Of a stretch of 64,000 nucleotides of DNA, positions 34,601-47,293 are shown one piece after another. The first letter of the stretch is position 1; every line of letters begins with the position of its first letter. A program made the position numbers and the translations under genes. Under the pieces are notes generated by a model. That model was not told where the DNA came from and ran no database searches. It saw only the letters and a list, made by a program, of their open reading frames with translations. The stretch is from Antedon mediterranea (Eukaryota > Animalia > Echinodermata), in assembly GCF_964355755.1 (NCBI RefSeq), contig NC_092676.1, positions 27,360,871-27,424,870 on the forward strand, in the 5' to 3' direction.

Positions 34601-37262
34601 ACATACAGTGCAACAAAGAACGCGCGAAAGAAGCGTAGTCAACAAGGTTAAATGTCGTTGGCGGTCCGCGGTCTGTCGGAAGATAAGTTTTTGTTGAGAC
34701 ACTTTATGCATGGATTAAAGAATAGAAGGATATGCATCGACGTGAGATCAAGGGTTCCTTGACTCTCGCCGACAGACCGCGGACCGCCTACAATGTTACA
34801 GTTTAATTAACCGCATGGTAACAACGAAACGGTCGCGTGCCTAATATATTGTTTACTGCACATGTTAGAGACACGGAGTTCAATGAGCGTGTTTGTTTGA
34901 TTGGCAGCAGTGCTTTAGTATAGGACATGATGATAGTGTAGACAGAGCTAAAAGATTACAACTCGCACAAGATCACAATGGAGACTAATATAAGCATAGA
35001 GGCGCAAGCAGTTTGGCCAATCATGACACAGTAGATTACCAAAAAGTAATTTGAGCCAGCCTAGTGCCAGCAAGTTTTGGCAATTTCTGTCGTGCTCTTT
35101 GTTACTACAAATCATAATTACATTATTTTTGTAGACTGTTTTCTTTGATCTTGCGTTGGATTATGATAGTGAAGATGAACTAGTACATCCAAAGGCTCAA
35201 TGGTTTGATGCGGGCACTGAGGTACTTGACGTCCGCATAGAAGACATGCAGGTGAGTACATAATAGCCTCATCCAAAGGCTCAATGGTTTGATGCGGTCA
35301 CTGAGGTACTTGATGTCCGCATAGAAGACATGCAAGTGAGTACATAATAGCCTCATCCAAAGCCTCAATGGTTTGATTGATGCGGGCACTGAGGTACTTG
35401 ACGTCGTCCGCATAGAAGACATCCAGGTGAGTACATAATAGCCTCATGCAAAGGCTCAATGGTTTGATTGATGCGGGCACTGAGGTACTTGACGTCCGCA
35501 TAGAAGACATGCAGGTGAGTACATAATAGCCTCATCCAAAGGCTCAATGGTTTGATTGATGCGGGCACTGAGGTACTTGACGTCCCCATAGAAGACATGC
35601 AGGTGAGTACATAATAGCCTATTGCAAAGGCTCAATGGTTTGATTGATGCGGGCACTGAGGTACTTGACGTCCGCATAGAAGACATGCAGGTGAGTACAT
35701 AATAGCCTCATCCAAAGGCTCAATGGTTTGATTGATGCGGGCACTGAGGTACTTGACGTCCCCATAGAAGACATGCAGGTGAGTACATAATAGCCTCATC
35801 CAAAGGCTCAATGGTTTGATGCGGGCACTGAGGTACTTGATGTCCGCATAGAAGACATGCAGGTGAGTACATAATAGCCTCATCCAAAGGCTCAATGGTT
35901 TGATGCGGGCACTGAGGTACTTGACGTCCGCATAGAAGACATGCAGGTGAGTACATAATAGCCTCATCCAAAGGCTCAATGGTTTGATGCGGGCACTGAG
36001 GTACTTGATGTCCGCATAGAAGACATGCAGGTGAGTACACAATAGCCTTATCCAAAGGCTCAATGGTTTGATTGATGCGGGCACTGAGGTACTTGACGTC
36101 CGCATAGAAAACATGCAGGTGAGTACATAATAGCCTCATCCAAAGGCTCAATGGTTTGATTGATGCGGGCACTGAGGTACTTGACGTCCGCATAGAAGAC
36201 ATGCAGGTGAGTACATAATAGCCTCATCCAAAGGCTCAATGGTTTGATGCGGGCACTGAGGTACTTGATGTCCGCATAGAAGACATGCAGGTGAGTACAT
36301 AATAGCCTCATCCAAAGGCTCAATGGTTTGATTGATGTGGGCACTGAGGTACTTGACGTCCCTATAGAAGACATGCAGGTGAGTACATAATAGCCTTATC
36401 CAAAGGCTCAATGGTTTGATGCGGGCACTGAGGTACTTGACGTCCGCATAGAAGACATGCAAGTGAGTACATAATAGCCTCATCCAAAGGCTCAATGGTT
36501 TGATTGATGCGGGCACTGAGGTACTTGATGTCCCTATAGAAGACATGCAGGTGAGTACATAATAGCCTATTGCAAAGGCTCAATGGTTTGATGCGGGCAC
36601 TGAGGTACTTGACGTCCGCATAGAAGACATGCAGGTGAGTACACAATAGCCTCATCCAAAGGCTCAATGGTTTGATTGATGCGGGCACTGAGGTACTTGA
36701 CGTCCGCATAGAAGACATGCAGGTGAGTACACAATAGCCTCATCCAAAGGCTCAATGGTTTGATTAATGCGGGCACTGAGTGAGCCTCAAACCCTTGCCG
36801 ATGTTATGGCTATGTAATTACGGTTCTACTTTCTTAACCGCTCGGTCACTCGCTCGTATTTCCGTGTTGCCACTCACTCGATTATATTCAAGTTTCTCAC
36901 TCCTTAGGGTGATCAAAGTATATTGAACAAAATGTTGAATATATACATGGTGTACCGCAAACTTTATATTAACATATTGATTTCTAATAACATAATAAAT
37001 AATATAATATTTGTTCAATTGTATTTGTTCTTTGTAGACCTCTTTAGACATTGTACAAGATAACGTAAAAAAAGCCCAACAGCACCAGCGAGTATGGCGC
37101 AACGTTGAGTTCCGTGATAGGTATATTGCCGAGAGAAACTATGAACGTGTGTCGTTTTGGTCTTTAGTGTCCACCATTGTGATGATGTCCACGTTCATTG
37201 TCCAGGTTGTAATGATTCGATACTTATTTAGCGATACTAGATCAACTACGTCCAAAACATGA
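31619..37262 (+). CDS. p24/TMED GOLD-domain cargo receptor, gamma subfamily (TMED1/5-like), ~222 aa
   Basis: Exons 31619-31777, 32541-32638, 33179-33248, 35135-35251, 37038-37262, all GT-AG and in phase. Signal peptide, VPAGRRECFY, VIEGGDLDI, CFDNTFS, ERVSFWS, TM helix. Confidence 0.92.
32770..33060 (+). mobile_element. Degenerate CR1 LINE 3' fragment
   Basis: Broken frames give HSLKLYRPK, RNNFFS, WNALP, SPSVNTFKSRLDK, typical of a CR1 ORF2 C-terminus. Confidence 0.65.
33290..34925. mobile_element. Rearranged pair of related non-autonomous DNA elements in TMED intron 3
   Basis: Direct repeat CATGGATTAAAGAATAGAAGGATATGCATCGACG at 33290 and 34710. Perfect ~61-bp inverted repeat 33354-33414/34865-34925. 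20-bp inverted repeat 34660/34769. Confidence 0.6.
35186..36780 (+). repeat. 84/88-bp tandem repeat, ~18.5 copies, of the TMED exon-4/intron-4 junction
   Basis: Unit is the last 66 nt of exon 4 plus the first 18 nt of the intron (GTGAGTACATAATAGCCT). 88-bp variants carry a TTGA insertion. Confidence 0.97.
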
Positions 37263-38746
37263 GTATCATTCTTATAAGTAGTTCACACAATTTGACACCA
37301 AAAAGCTCGGGTACCTTACTTAGTGATAGCCGTCCACTAAATTTCTTCCCTGAAAACCATTTTGATTTCATTTTTAACAAAGGCTAAAAAAGCAATAAGT
37401 GGTGTATATCGCAAATATCTATAGAACCTCCTTCTCTTGTTTTGTAGCCGTTAGTTCCGTTTCCCACAGTGCCTTATTGGACAGTTGACCCCATTGGACA
37501 AACATTAGGTAAACATCTGTAATGTTAAAATTATGGACAATTTGGACATTTATAATTATACACTTTTTACCTTTTTTTGTAATTTAGAAGAAAAAAAATA
37601 GTATTTCACCATTTCCTTTACATCTTCATCACTTGGACACTAAACATTTATCTTTTATATTGCATATTAAATTGATTATAAACAACAAGATAATTTAACT
37701 TATATTTTTACACTTATCTTTAAAATATAATTTATTAGTTTTCAATGTGGACACTGACAATCTTATAATTGATATAATTGAATTGATTGAATACAGTTTA
37801 AGTTACAAAACAGGGTGTGTGTAAGGGTTGCTTCAATACAGATGAGGAAACCACGCCCACCATTTTGGGGTTACATTTTATAAATGAACCACGGAGATGG
37901 AATAAATTTTGCAAAAGTAGGAAAGGATTGACAATTAATTATAGAAAAGTACCCCTGTTAAGGTATGTTTACACTATCAAACGTTATGTGACAAAAAATG
38001 TGATGTACCCATATTGGACATGATGTCATATCACTATACCATATTTGAGCATATCACCACCATATTTGGGCATATCACACTTTTTTTGTCAAACTAGTTT
38101 GATAGTGTTAGTATATCAATTTTGTGGTTTGTTTACAAATTGATATTAGCAAATAATGTTAGTTGCCATAAGGTTTTAAAAACCATGACAAGCCAGGTAT
38201 AGATTTTATGATTGACAGTCTCTGAAATAATATTTCTATTGATAATTGAGGGCGATATACCGATTTCCTGCCAAAGCAGGCAGGTGTTAATCCTATTTAT
38301 TTTTATTTTCTACAATTAAAAAAAAAATGCTCTTGTAACTTCTTTTTGGTAAAGTAGAACAATTTTTTTTGAAATATTTTAAATAGATTTGCACATTTAT
38401 CAATAGACTTAGTTAATTGTTAATGTACATTATTTTGTTTTCAAAGTGGTGATATGGGGTTTTTTTTCAACATTTGATAACAAAATAAAATATTGACACA
38501 ATATAAATTGGTTTGTATATTATTTATTCTAAGATGAAATGAGAGACAAAAGATATTCCAATCAAAAATACACTGTTTCATGGTTTGAGATTGTAGGCGT
38601 GAGATAAGACATAAAATACAGAAATATCATTAAAAAACAAACTAATGCAAGGTTAAAAGTTAGTTTTAAATGGTTAAAAATTGGTAAAAATTGTAAAAAA
38701 TGATGTGTAAAATAGTTAAACTAAACAAAATGTTTACAGTGCTGCT

Positions 38747-38876
38747 AAGATTGGTTCCCATTACAGATGCAACGTAAGTGATTTGACCAATCACAAGCGA
38801 TGGATTATTGAATCACACAATCGCATGTGATTGATCAACTTGATTGCGTTGCGTCTCTAGTGGGAACCAAGCTTTT
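38747..38876. mobile_element. MITE with TIR TTGGTTCCCACTAG-like (related copy ~60805-61003)
   Basis: TTGGTTCCCA ... TGGGAACCAA inverted ends with shared internal CAACG/GACCAATCACAAGCGA motifs in both copies. Confidence 0.6.
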
Positions 38877-39085
38877 ATTGAAATGCTTAATCGCAGATGG
38901 AAGAAACGAGTCCCTCATCCCTGTTTGTTTTCCATTTTGGATAAGCTAACCTACCGGATTTTGTTGACAACTATGAGTGTAGTAAGGGGATTGTGATCAT
39001 CTAACATAATTGCAGTGCAATGACGTCATTCGTATGATTCAAGCAATTACTAACAAATTCTCATTTTATTTAATTTTTTTAGGCA

Positions 39086-42000
39086 TCAATCATTTTTACT
39101 CTTTGGAATGAAGACCTTTTGAATATAGTCATTTACAAACCGTCCATCAGGGTCAAAATTCTTACGAATCTCGCAAAATCTTTCGAACTTCGGAAACATG
39201 TTCTGCAATTCTTTGAATGTTAATTTGTGTTCCTAAAAGAAGACAATTAAATTTAAAGCATCAATACAATTAAAAGCAATCCTACAATATATCGCTCAAA
39301 AAATTAGTAAGAGGGAAAGTTTCTAGGAGAGATCCCTACAACTGTTACCCACCGCATAATAACTTGCTTCATTATTTATAGTATGATGATATATTTACAG
39401 AATTACCTTAGCCCAGTGTGGTCTACCGTTGTATTTTAGCATAATATTCTCGTATGCTGTCCAGTAACCATCTTTCTCAACATATTTCCCATATGGTCTG
39501 GAATACAAACACATTTCCAAATATGTAAATTTCCCACAAACAACCAGTAACATTACATACAACGAGTTTTAGTGACAAGACGTAAACATGATTAAGTTAG
39601 TCTTTCAAATTAGTCACTTGGCTGTTGGTCCGAAGGTACGTACCCGAATGAAAAAATAAAGTAGAGGTCTGCTTTAACCGGGATTAGTCGGGACAGATTT
39701 GATAAAGTTTGGAAATGGTGGTTAGGTGAGGCCTGGTTGGGAGTTGGGCCTGGGTGGGGGTGGAGCCTAGTTGGACTGGGGTCTGGTTGGGGTTAAGGCG
39801 TGGTTGGGGTATGTCCTGGATGAGAATGTAGCCTGCGTGAGAGTACGGCCTGGTTGGGGGTGGACACTGGTTGGGGGTGGAAGCTGACTAGCGTACAGTC
39901 ATAAACCATAGACATAAACAGACCATAGACATAAACAGACCATATACCAACCTAAACATAACAATATTTATGTAACAGGAATCTCTTCCATAACATGGAC
40001 TTAAATACAAGTCATCTTGTTTGGCGAATCGAACCTCAACTGGAAAATGTGCACGTACTTCGGGGTGTGCGTCTAACCACGATTTCAGGTCTTCTAACGC
40101 TTCTGAAGTCTTTTCTCTTAAACACAATTCAATATCAATTTATTAAAAAAAAGTACACAAACAAATCATCAGACTAAAAAGCAAAATGTTGGTTTTTTAA
40201 CTTCTTTTTTAAAGCCGTTTTCTAAGAATTAATGTATTTTCTTCTTTTTTTTTAAGAGTAAAGGATTTCCCCTTTTGTACTTACCTTGGTATTGCCCAAT
40301 CTGTTACATACTGCGCAAAAAGGCATTCAAATCCAAAGATGTTGTAATAATCATCTATATCCACTCGTAGGCCAGAATGCAGTTTAAAATACACATAGTT
40401 TATGACTGGAACAAGCCACTTACAAAATGTACTAAAGTGAGAAAAGTAATATCTTTAGTGTTTAATTAAAAATGTAAAATAATTACACACATACCATACG
40501 ACAACTGTATGTGTTAAAATGATTTTACTGTATTTTCTATATGTCAATAAAACCAAACAAAAGTATTTATATTATTTAATTTCAAGATAATACTTGAAAA
40601 CAATACACGATCAATGTGAAAAATACAGATAAATGAACACAGTAAGAAAAAAATATTAGCAATGTATTTGAGGTAGGCCTTCACTCAAGAAAACAATTCT
40701 TGCATGTCGCTGTTGTGGCTTGGTGGTTATGATGCTTGGCTACAAGTCCCGTCACATGTCAGGATTTCTTCTAAGGACAAAATTACAACGCCACTCCAAA
40801 AGACTTGTAATAAGACTTTGTTTATGCAGAGCATCTTGTGTACGTTTGTCTTGTCTGAAGGTCCCTAATGATCAGCAATTGCTGGATGGATCACCCTCAT
40901 TAAATATGGTTTTAAAAAAAATAAGTTCCCCTTTGGCGCGCATCACAACCACGCAACTATACCACCCCTCCCCTAATCCCTAAAAAAAAAACCATCATAA
41001 AAAGTTACCTGATCCAATATAAAAATTGTAAAAGGTGAAAGCCAATAGCATAATCCCAAAACCAATTACTGCTGCTGGTTTTTTGTCTGTTAGTTTTATC
41101 AACCTCCCAGTAGACCACACCCTCTGTGTGAGGATACCAAACAAAGCGGAAGTATTCGCTGTTACTGATGTGTTCATCTAAATGTGTCACCATCTATCAA
41201 ACACAACGAGAAGATATGAAACTGGGAATATTGCAATGTTTACTTCCATAGAGGAACAGATAAACTTTGCTCTGGGTTCATGAAAAGAGAAAATTGGGGC
41301 CTGCAACTAGTAGGTCACTTAGATAGCGCAAATCTCCGCCTAGGTATAAAATTAAATCACGTGTTTACATACATCTATGAAACCATCCTTTAAAATCTTA
41401 TAAAAATCGGAAAAAACTTTGTGAGTATCCTGCTAACATAGAAAGAAACATATAGGCCTACACACCCGATTGATGTCATAACTTCTCGCCATTCTGGCAG
41501 AGTAATTAAAAAAACTAATTGACTTCGTGTAGGCTGTAACACCGAACATGTAAATTTCTTTGCTTCTATTTTTAATGTAGTCGGCTTAATCAATTCTGTG
41601 AAATATTGTGAGTAATTGTTTTACTATGAAAGTAAATCATTAGCGATTTTTTGTAGTTTTAAGCGACATAACATTATTGCAAAATACTTCAATAAGCGCT
41701 TTAACCATGCTGGGGCAATACATCAATACAATCGTTTAGGCCTGACTTATCATTATTTTTTGACAGTGTTTTACCTCTTTGAAAGAACATGACATCTGTC
41801 TCTGCTGCAGTTTAAAGTGTGGTTCACACTGAAGCGTAACCGACGTGATGATTCCTAGACAACCTAGACTACATGATGCCGCCAAAAATATTTCTTTATT
41901 CTCTTTTCTAGAACACTTGACTAATTTGCGATCAGCGGTTACCAACTCAATTTCTGTTATCTGCAAAGTATTCAGAAAAAACATTAACAAGTAAAGTAAA

Positions 42001-44491
42001 CTTAACTTTAAAAAAAAATGATTGGGTTTATCAAGATATAGGCCTAAAGCCCGTTTTCCAGTCGACGTTAAATTGCGTTTAATACGATACGATACGATTG
42101 ACGATAATACGGTACATCTGTGGTTGAATTGATCGATTGACGATAATACGGTACATCTGTGGTTGAATTGATCGGAGTCAACGATTTTACAGGAAAAAGA
42201 GGTCAAAATAAATTTTAAAATCGTTAGAATCTGCAATCATTAATTAAACGATTTGAAAATTCAACGTAACTAAACGTCGACTGGAAAACATGCATAAGTA
42301 TCCAGTCACGATGACTTTTTAATTTATGAAAACTAACCACAATAGATTGTTAAGAGGTGGCTAAATCTCAAGCATCTGGATCCGGATCTGGATTGTTATT
42401 TCATGATGTAAGAAATAGGCCCAAGTTCTTCTGAATTAGTTACACAATGTAATATCAATCCTGCTAAAACACTCAGAATAACCATTTGTCTAAACCTGGC
42501 CTATACTTTTTTTTTCTATTAACAATTTTGGAATTTGAAATCTATTTGGACTATCAGTGATAAAATTCACTATTAGTAATCCCAGATTATATAACATATC
42601 TCTAAAAATTATAGAAACGCATATTTGTAATTTTACAGTAAACATCTTACATATGTAGAAATAATGCCAATATGTTTTCCGGTTCCGTGGGTTCCTGTGG
42701 ATATACTACCAGCCACTGTTATATCGGACACAGAGCCTTGTCTGCGGAGAAAACAAATAATTATAAAATGATTAGTGATACAGATAATCTTTATATCTTA
42801 ATCGGTTTTTTTTTCTTAAGAAAAACGTTGAATACCTTGCAAAACTTTAGTTATGTTTATAACTTATGCCTTATTAAAATGAAATTTATGTTTATTGCCG
42901 AAATGAATAAAAGAAAATAAATAAAATAAATAAATAAAACATGAACTGAATGAAAATCATTTTGATGGTGATAATGATTTTGAATATTAGGCCTACTTTA
43001 ACTTACGTTGACAATGCCATGTTGTACTTGGGTAAAACTTCTTCATTCAATGTCTTAATCGTGATTCCAGCTTCAACTTTGATTTGACAATTATCTTCAT
43101 CAACCTAAATCAATATTGAAAACCTCGCAACGTTTTAATCTAAATCTAAGGCGCTTTTAACGGTAAACTTAGTTTAAAGGAGAGCTTCGGGGTTAAAAAT
43201 TGTACATTCATACCGTAAATTAGAGCCTATGAAGAACTCCCGTAGACAACAAAAAGAGGGGCTTATATCATGTTGCTCATTCTGCTTTTCCACTGACAGT
43301 CAGCTTATAATATCAATGTTGTTTGCAAAAGCTTATATTTTACAATAAATATATTTTTTTGACCCGGGCTATACCATGAAAGATAAGTTTGTGGGTTGTA
43401 TTTCATGTCTCAATATATTACATGCATCAGAGTCATATGTATGTAACAAACAAAATTGTTTAGTAAGTTATAAATTATATTGGTATATTATTTCTATTAA
43501 GTTATAAATTGGTAAAAACAAACTTACTTTAAGTACGTTAGTAAACTTGTCAAGGTTGACTAGGTACTCGTTGGTGCATGCAATGTCAGATGGTGAATGA
43601 CCTTTGCCACATACTCTGACCTTTTTGCCATTTTTCTTTGCTTGTTCCAATATCTTATAGAAAAGTTACGGTACTAATTAAGATTAGAAAATTTATTTTA
43701 TATAGGACTTATTGGTTTAAAAATATAGATCAAACAATTGTTATTTGGCTGTAGGAGGAGGAAGAGAGACGTACACGATCTGCCCTCAAACTTACAAAAA
43801 CAAAATTTTACCATTTAAATTTTTTATTTTTAATGGATTTACCACTGAAATTAGCGATAAATTATCTTTTATTCTTAGAAGTTTCGCACATCCCATTTAT
43901 GATTTAAGATTTTTTTCCCTATAAAATATCATATTCATTAATACGATTTTTATGTTTTTGATAACATAGAACTTAGTGCTTTAAAAATATAATCAAACGA
44001 ACATTGTTATTTGGCTGTAGGAGGAGAAGGAAGAGAGACGTACACGATCTGCCCTCAAACTTACGAAAACAGTTATGCCATTTAAATTTTGTATTTGTAA
44101 TGGATCCACCACTGAAATATTAACGATTAGAAGTTTCGCACATCACCTTTCTAATTTAAGATTATTTTCCCTATAAAATATCATATTCATAATTACGATT
44201 TTTATGTTTTTGATAATATGTAATACTAAAAACATAAATTTAAGAGCGTGCCTGGCCTATAGTACGATATGTAGGTTAGTTATTTATACATACCAATTTA
44301 ATATCTTCCACACAACTCGGTTGAAAATATAGTTCAGGCTCGCAAGAGAAAGTGTTGGCCCAATTTCTAAAAATTGTTCCGGATATTCCTTCCTGGAATA
44401 TAAAACGGACAGAATGAAAACAAAAACTAAACCAAAAACAAACATTCAAAATTATTAATAATAATTATAATCAAAACCAACTCACTGTCAT
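39086..44491 (-). CDS. GULO: L-gulono-1,4-lactone oxidase, ~446 aa, intact
   Basis: Exons 44491-44486, 44392-44294, 43653-43528, 43104-43007, 42741-42651, 41960-41775, 41193-41009, 40431-40285, 40116-39952, 39497-39407, 39232-39086 join in frame. FRNWA, GHSPSD (FAD-linked His), [27 protein letters not shown]. Confidence 0.95.
39720..39885 (+). repeat. G-rich degenerate ~20-bp repeat in a GULO intron
   Basis: Recurrent CCTGGTTGGGGGTGG-like units. Confidence 0.7.
43715..44220. repeat. Two diverged ~265-bp tandem copies in GULO intron 2
   Basis: TTGTTATTTGGCTGTAGGAG...CGTACACGATCTGCCCTCAAACTTAC occurs at ~43738 and ~44004. Confidence 0.85.
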
Positions 44492-44545
44492 GACTGTATC
44501 TTTATTAATAATGTCCATTCAAGTTTTTGGACGAAATCACTTTAT

Positions 44546-46184
44546 AACTAGACATGAAACTCGTCACTTTGACGAGTTAGTTATCCGCACGACAGATGCC
44601 ACGTCATACGTTAAAAACTATAATAAGAGGTGGTCCTGTATTTTCGCCTTGTATTATAATTAATTAATAATTAATAATAATAATTAATTAATTATACAGT
44701 ACACTGTGTATAAAAGGAGACATTAATTCTACATGATACAGAGGGCGGCAAACAACAATTTGCTCACATCAGAGACTATGCTGGTGTACATTGTACTACT
44801 GTATATTATATGACATATTAACTGAATTATGGGACCTGCTAACATGATGACGTCATAAAAAAAAACAACACAACGATAGCAATTTCTGAAGAAAATTATC
44901 TTAGCAACAACATATTAACGTGTAGAAGAAATTTGAATACGTAAAATGTTGGTGCGCGCACATTTAAATGTGATGAACTATTACGCAAAATATGAAAATA
45001 TGACTTTTTTTATTCAACTGGCAATATGATGACGTCACAACATCCGATTGGCAAAATGTTTACATGAATTCGTATCTACAATCCTATAGCTTCCAGAAAA
45101 CGTTTTAATCGTGATTATCACATTTTATTCTTACGAGCCAATACAGATTAAAATTTACTGTAAAGATGAAATTAATGACCCAAGTAATTAAAATTTTTAG
45201 GCATGATGACGTTATAAAAATTTAAATATTTTTATCTCATGCTAAAGAAAGTTGATTGACCTAGACAATATAACAATATAGGAGAAAAAGGAATACAGAT
45301 AAGCGTGATGCGCTCCATTGAATGTGATGAGCAATAACGAAACAGACAAAAATCCTATATTTTACATTCGTGTGGCCATACGATTACGTCACAATGTTTT
45401 TTTTTAGCCTTATCGATGCATGATCCGATATCTGCAACTCATCAACTTCTAGATTTTGTAATAAAAATAAACGGTTCACGGTTTACTTTAGAAACTATGA
45501 CTGTTTAAAAAAAGACATTATTTTGATGATTTTTTAAGCTTTTTCATAAAAAACGCGCACAAATTGTCTAATTCAACGTGTTCGTATGGCGTTATTTAAA
45601 CTGGAAAAGGTCTAAATTGTTTTCAAAATTACTAGGAAAGGCTTGAAAAATATAATTCAAGAGAAAAAAATATGTTTTTATCGCTACGTGCGCACCGCGT
45701 GCGTAAAAAATTGCGCGCCCGTGGGAATTTTTGAAATGCTCAAAATGACATGAAACGCGTAAAAAGTTGATTAGAAATTAATTTTGCGCATTTTGAAATT
45801 TTAAATGCGCGTGCGCGCGTAACTTCTTGTGAAACATGCCATAATCCGTAGAAAGTTTGCCTCTGATATGACTTAAATTTTGTCAAAGTGTAAATACTAA
45901 ATAACTTTTGGTTTTTAATCTATGATCAATCATTGAAATTCATAAAATTGCGCGTAAGTCACGTTGCGCAACTATGACGTCATTCAAAAATAGGAGGTGC
46001 ACAACTTCACGTAAATGCCCATATGTTGTCAAAGTTATGAAATGTTATGTTTACACATTTTAGAGAAACGCGACTCACAAAAAGGAAGGAAGGAAAGAAG
46101 AATAATACAGAAAAAAAATGTTGATCTCATACCATAATAATAATAACAAGGAGTTATCCGCTTGGTAACCAAGCGGATAACTAA
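44546..46184 (-). mobile_element. Non-autonomous Helentron/HINE (DINE-1-like) element
   Basis: 12-bp subterminal IRs TTAGTTATCCGC (44577) / GCGGATAACTAA (46173). 15-bp perfect hairpin 46152-46182. Short stem-loop AACTCGTCA-CTT-TGACGAGTT at 44558-44578. Confidence 0.7.
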
Positions 46185-47199
46185 TTAGCGGAGTTTGATA
46201 TCTGGAGACAATTAACAACAAACATGTACTGTACTGCATACTGTATGCCTAATGACCAATTTATGGTATTGTTTGGCTTTATAGTGCGTTATAAATACAA
46301 TTAATATACATAATTATCAATATTATAATAATGCTTTGATTTTAGTTAGATATCTTTAGTAATAATTTCCGTAAGTTTCGTAACATTGTTAGTAGTTTAG
46401 TTTAATGTTTGTTATTGTATATGTTCGTGTTTGTCTGTGTTCCCTCCTGTAAGTGGTGAACCATGAGCTCACTGTTGGTTGGGAAATGAATAAATAAAAA
46501 TAAATAATAAAAATTTAGATAATCGAGTTTCTAACAATACAGATTATAAAAAAAAACAATGACAATACATTTAACGTCGCGTTATTGATTAGATTTGGTC
46601 ATTTTTTGCAGCATGTGAGGCGAGATGGACAGTCCATTAAAGTATTTATATATTCTAGCGATTGTTATTGAAATAGAGTGCATTATGCGACAATAACACT
46701 CAATCAAGAAAAGTTTGTTAAGCCCCAAAAATCATTCGTAAGTCACTCGAATCATCGTTGATAACAATTTATTTGCAGCAGTATTACAGATTTTTGTATC
46801 CGAGACCCAAAAACGAAGTCTTTTTAATTTCAGTAATTGTATTCAATTTGTTGAACGATAGTTTGAAGGGGAGTATGTTTATTCAAATATGGAGGTCTTT
46901 GTTTTCGGGTCTTAAGTTCGTTTTAAATTATAAATGAAGACCCTGTTTTTCAGGTCCCTTTTATGCCACAATGCCTTAATCATGTGTTTAATTTAATTAC
47001 CGTGTTGTTGATGATTCTACGGTATCTGAAATGTTATTGATTATGGAATGAGTTATTATATTATTCAGTTGTTATGGCTTGTTGATGATATTGGCGATAT
47101 TGATATAATAACGCTTGGTAAAATTAGATCTGTGTGATCTCTCATCCTCCTATAATTTGATCAAGTTGAATAGAGTTATAGAGGGCGACATATTCATTT

Positions 47200-47293
47200 T
47201 CCTCTCTCTGCTGCCTGCTGTTCTCTCTCCTCCTCCTCCTCCCCGGACTGTTTACATTTCTCGTCCAACTGACCGAAAACACCATCAGCAACC
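47200..47293 (+). other. Probable non-coding first exon of CYB5R4
   Basis: Pyrimidine-rich stretch ending in a GTAAGT donor at 47294. The ATG exon has an acceptor (TTTCAG|G-ATG, 51486) and so needs an upstream exon. Start position is approximate. Confidence 0.5.

Noticed and set aside
35186-36780. CRISPR-like array or repeat protein from the minus-strand ORFs 35180-36776
   Set aside because: No unique spacers and a eukaryotic context. The ORFs are antisense readings of the duplicated exon/intron junction.
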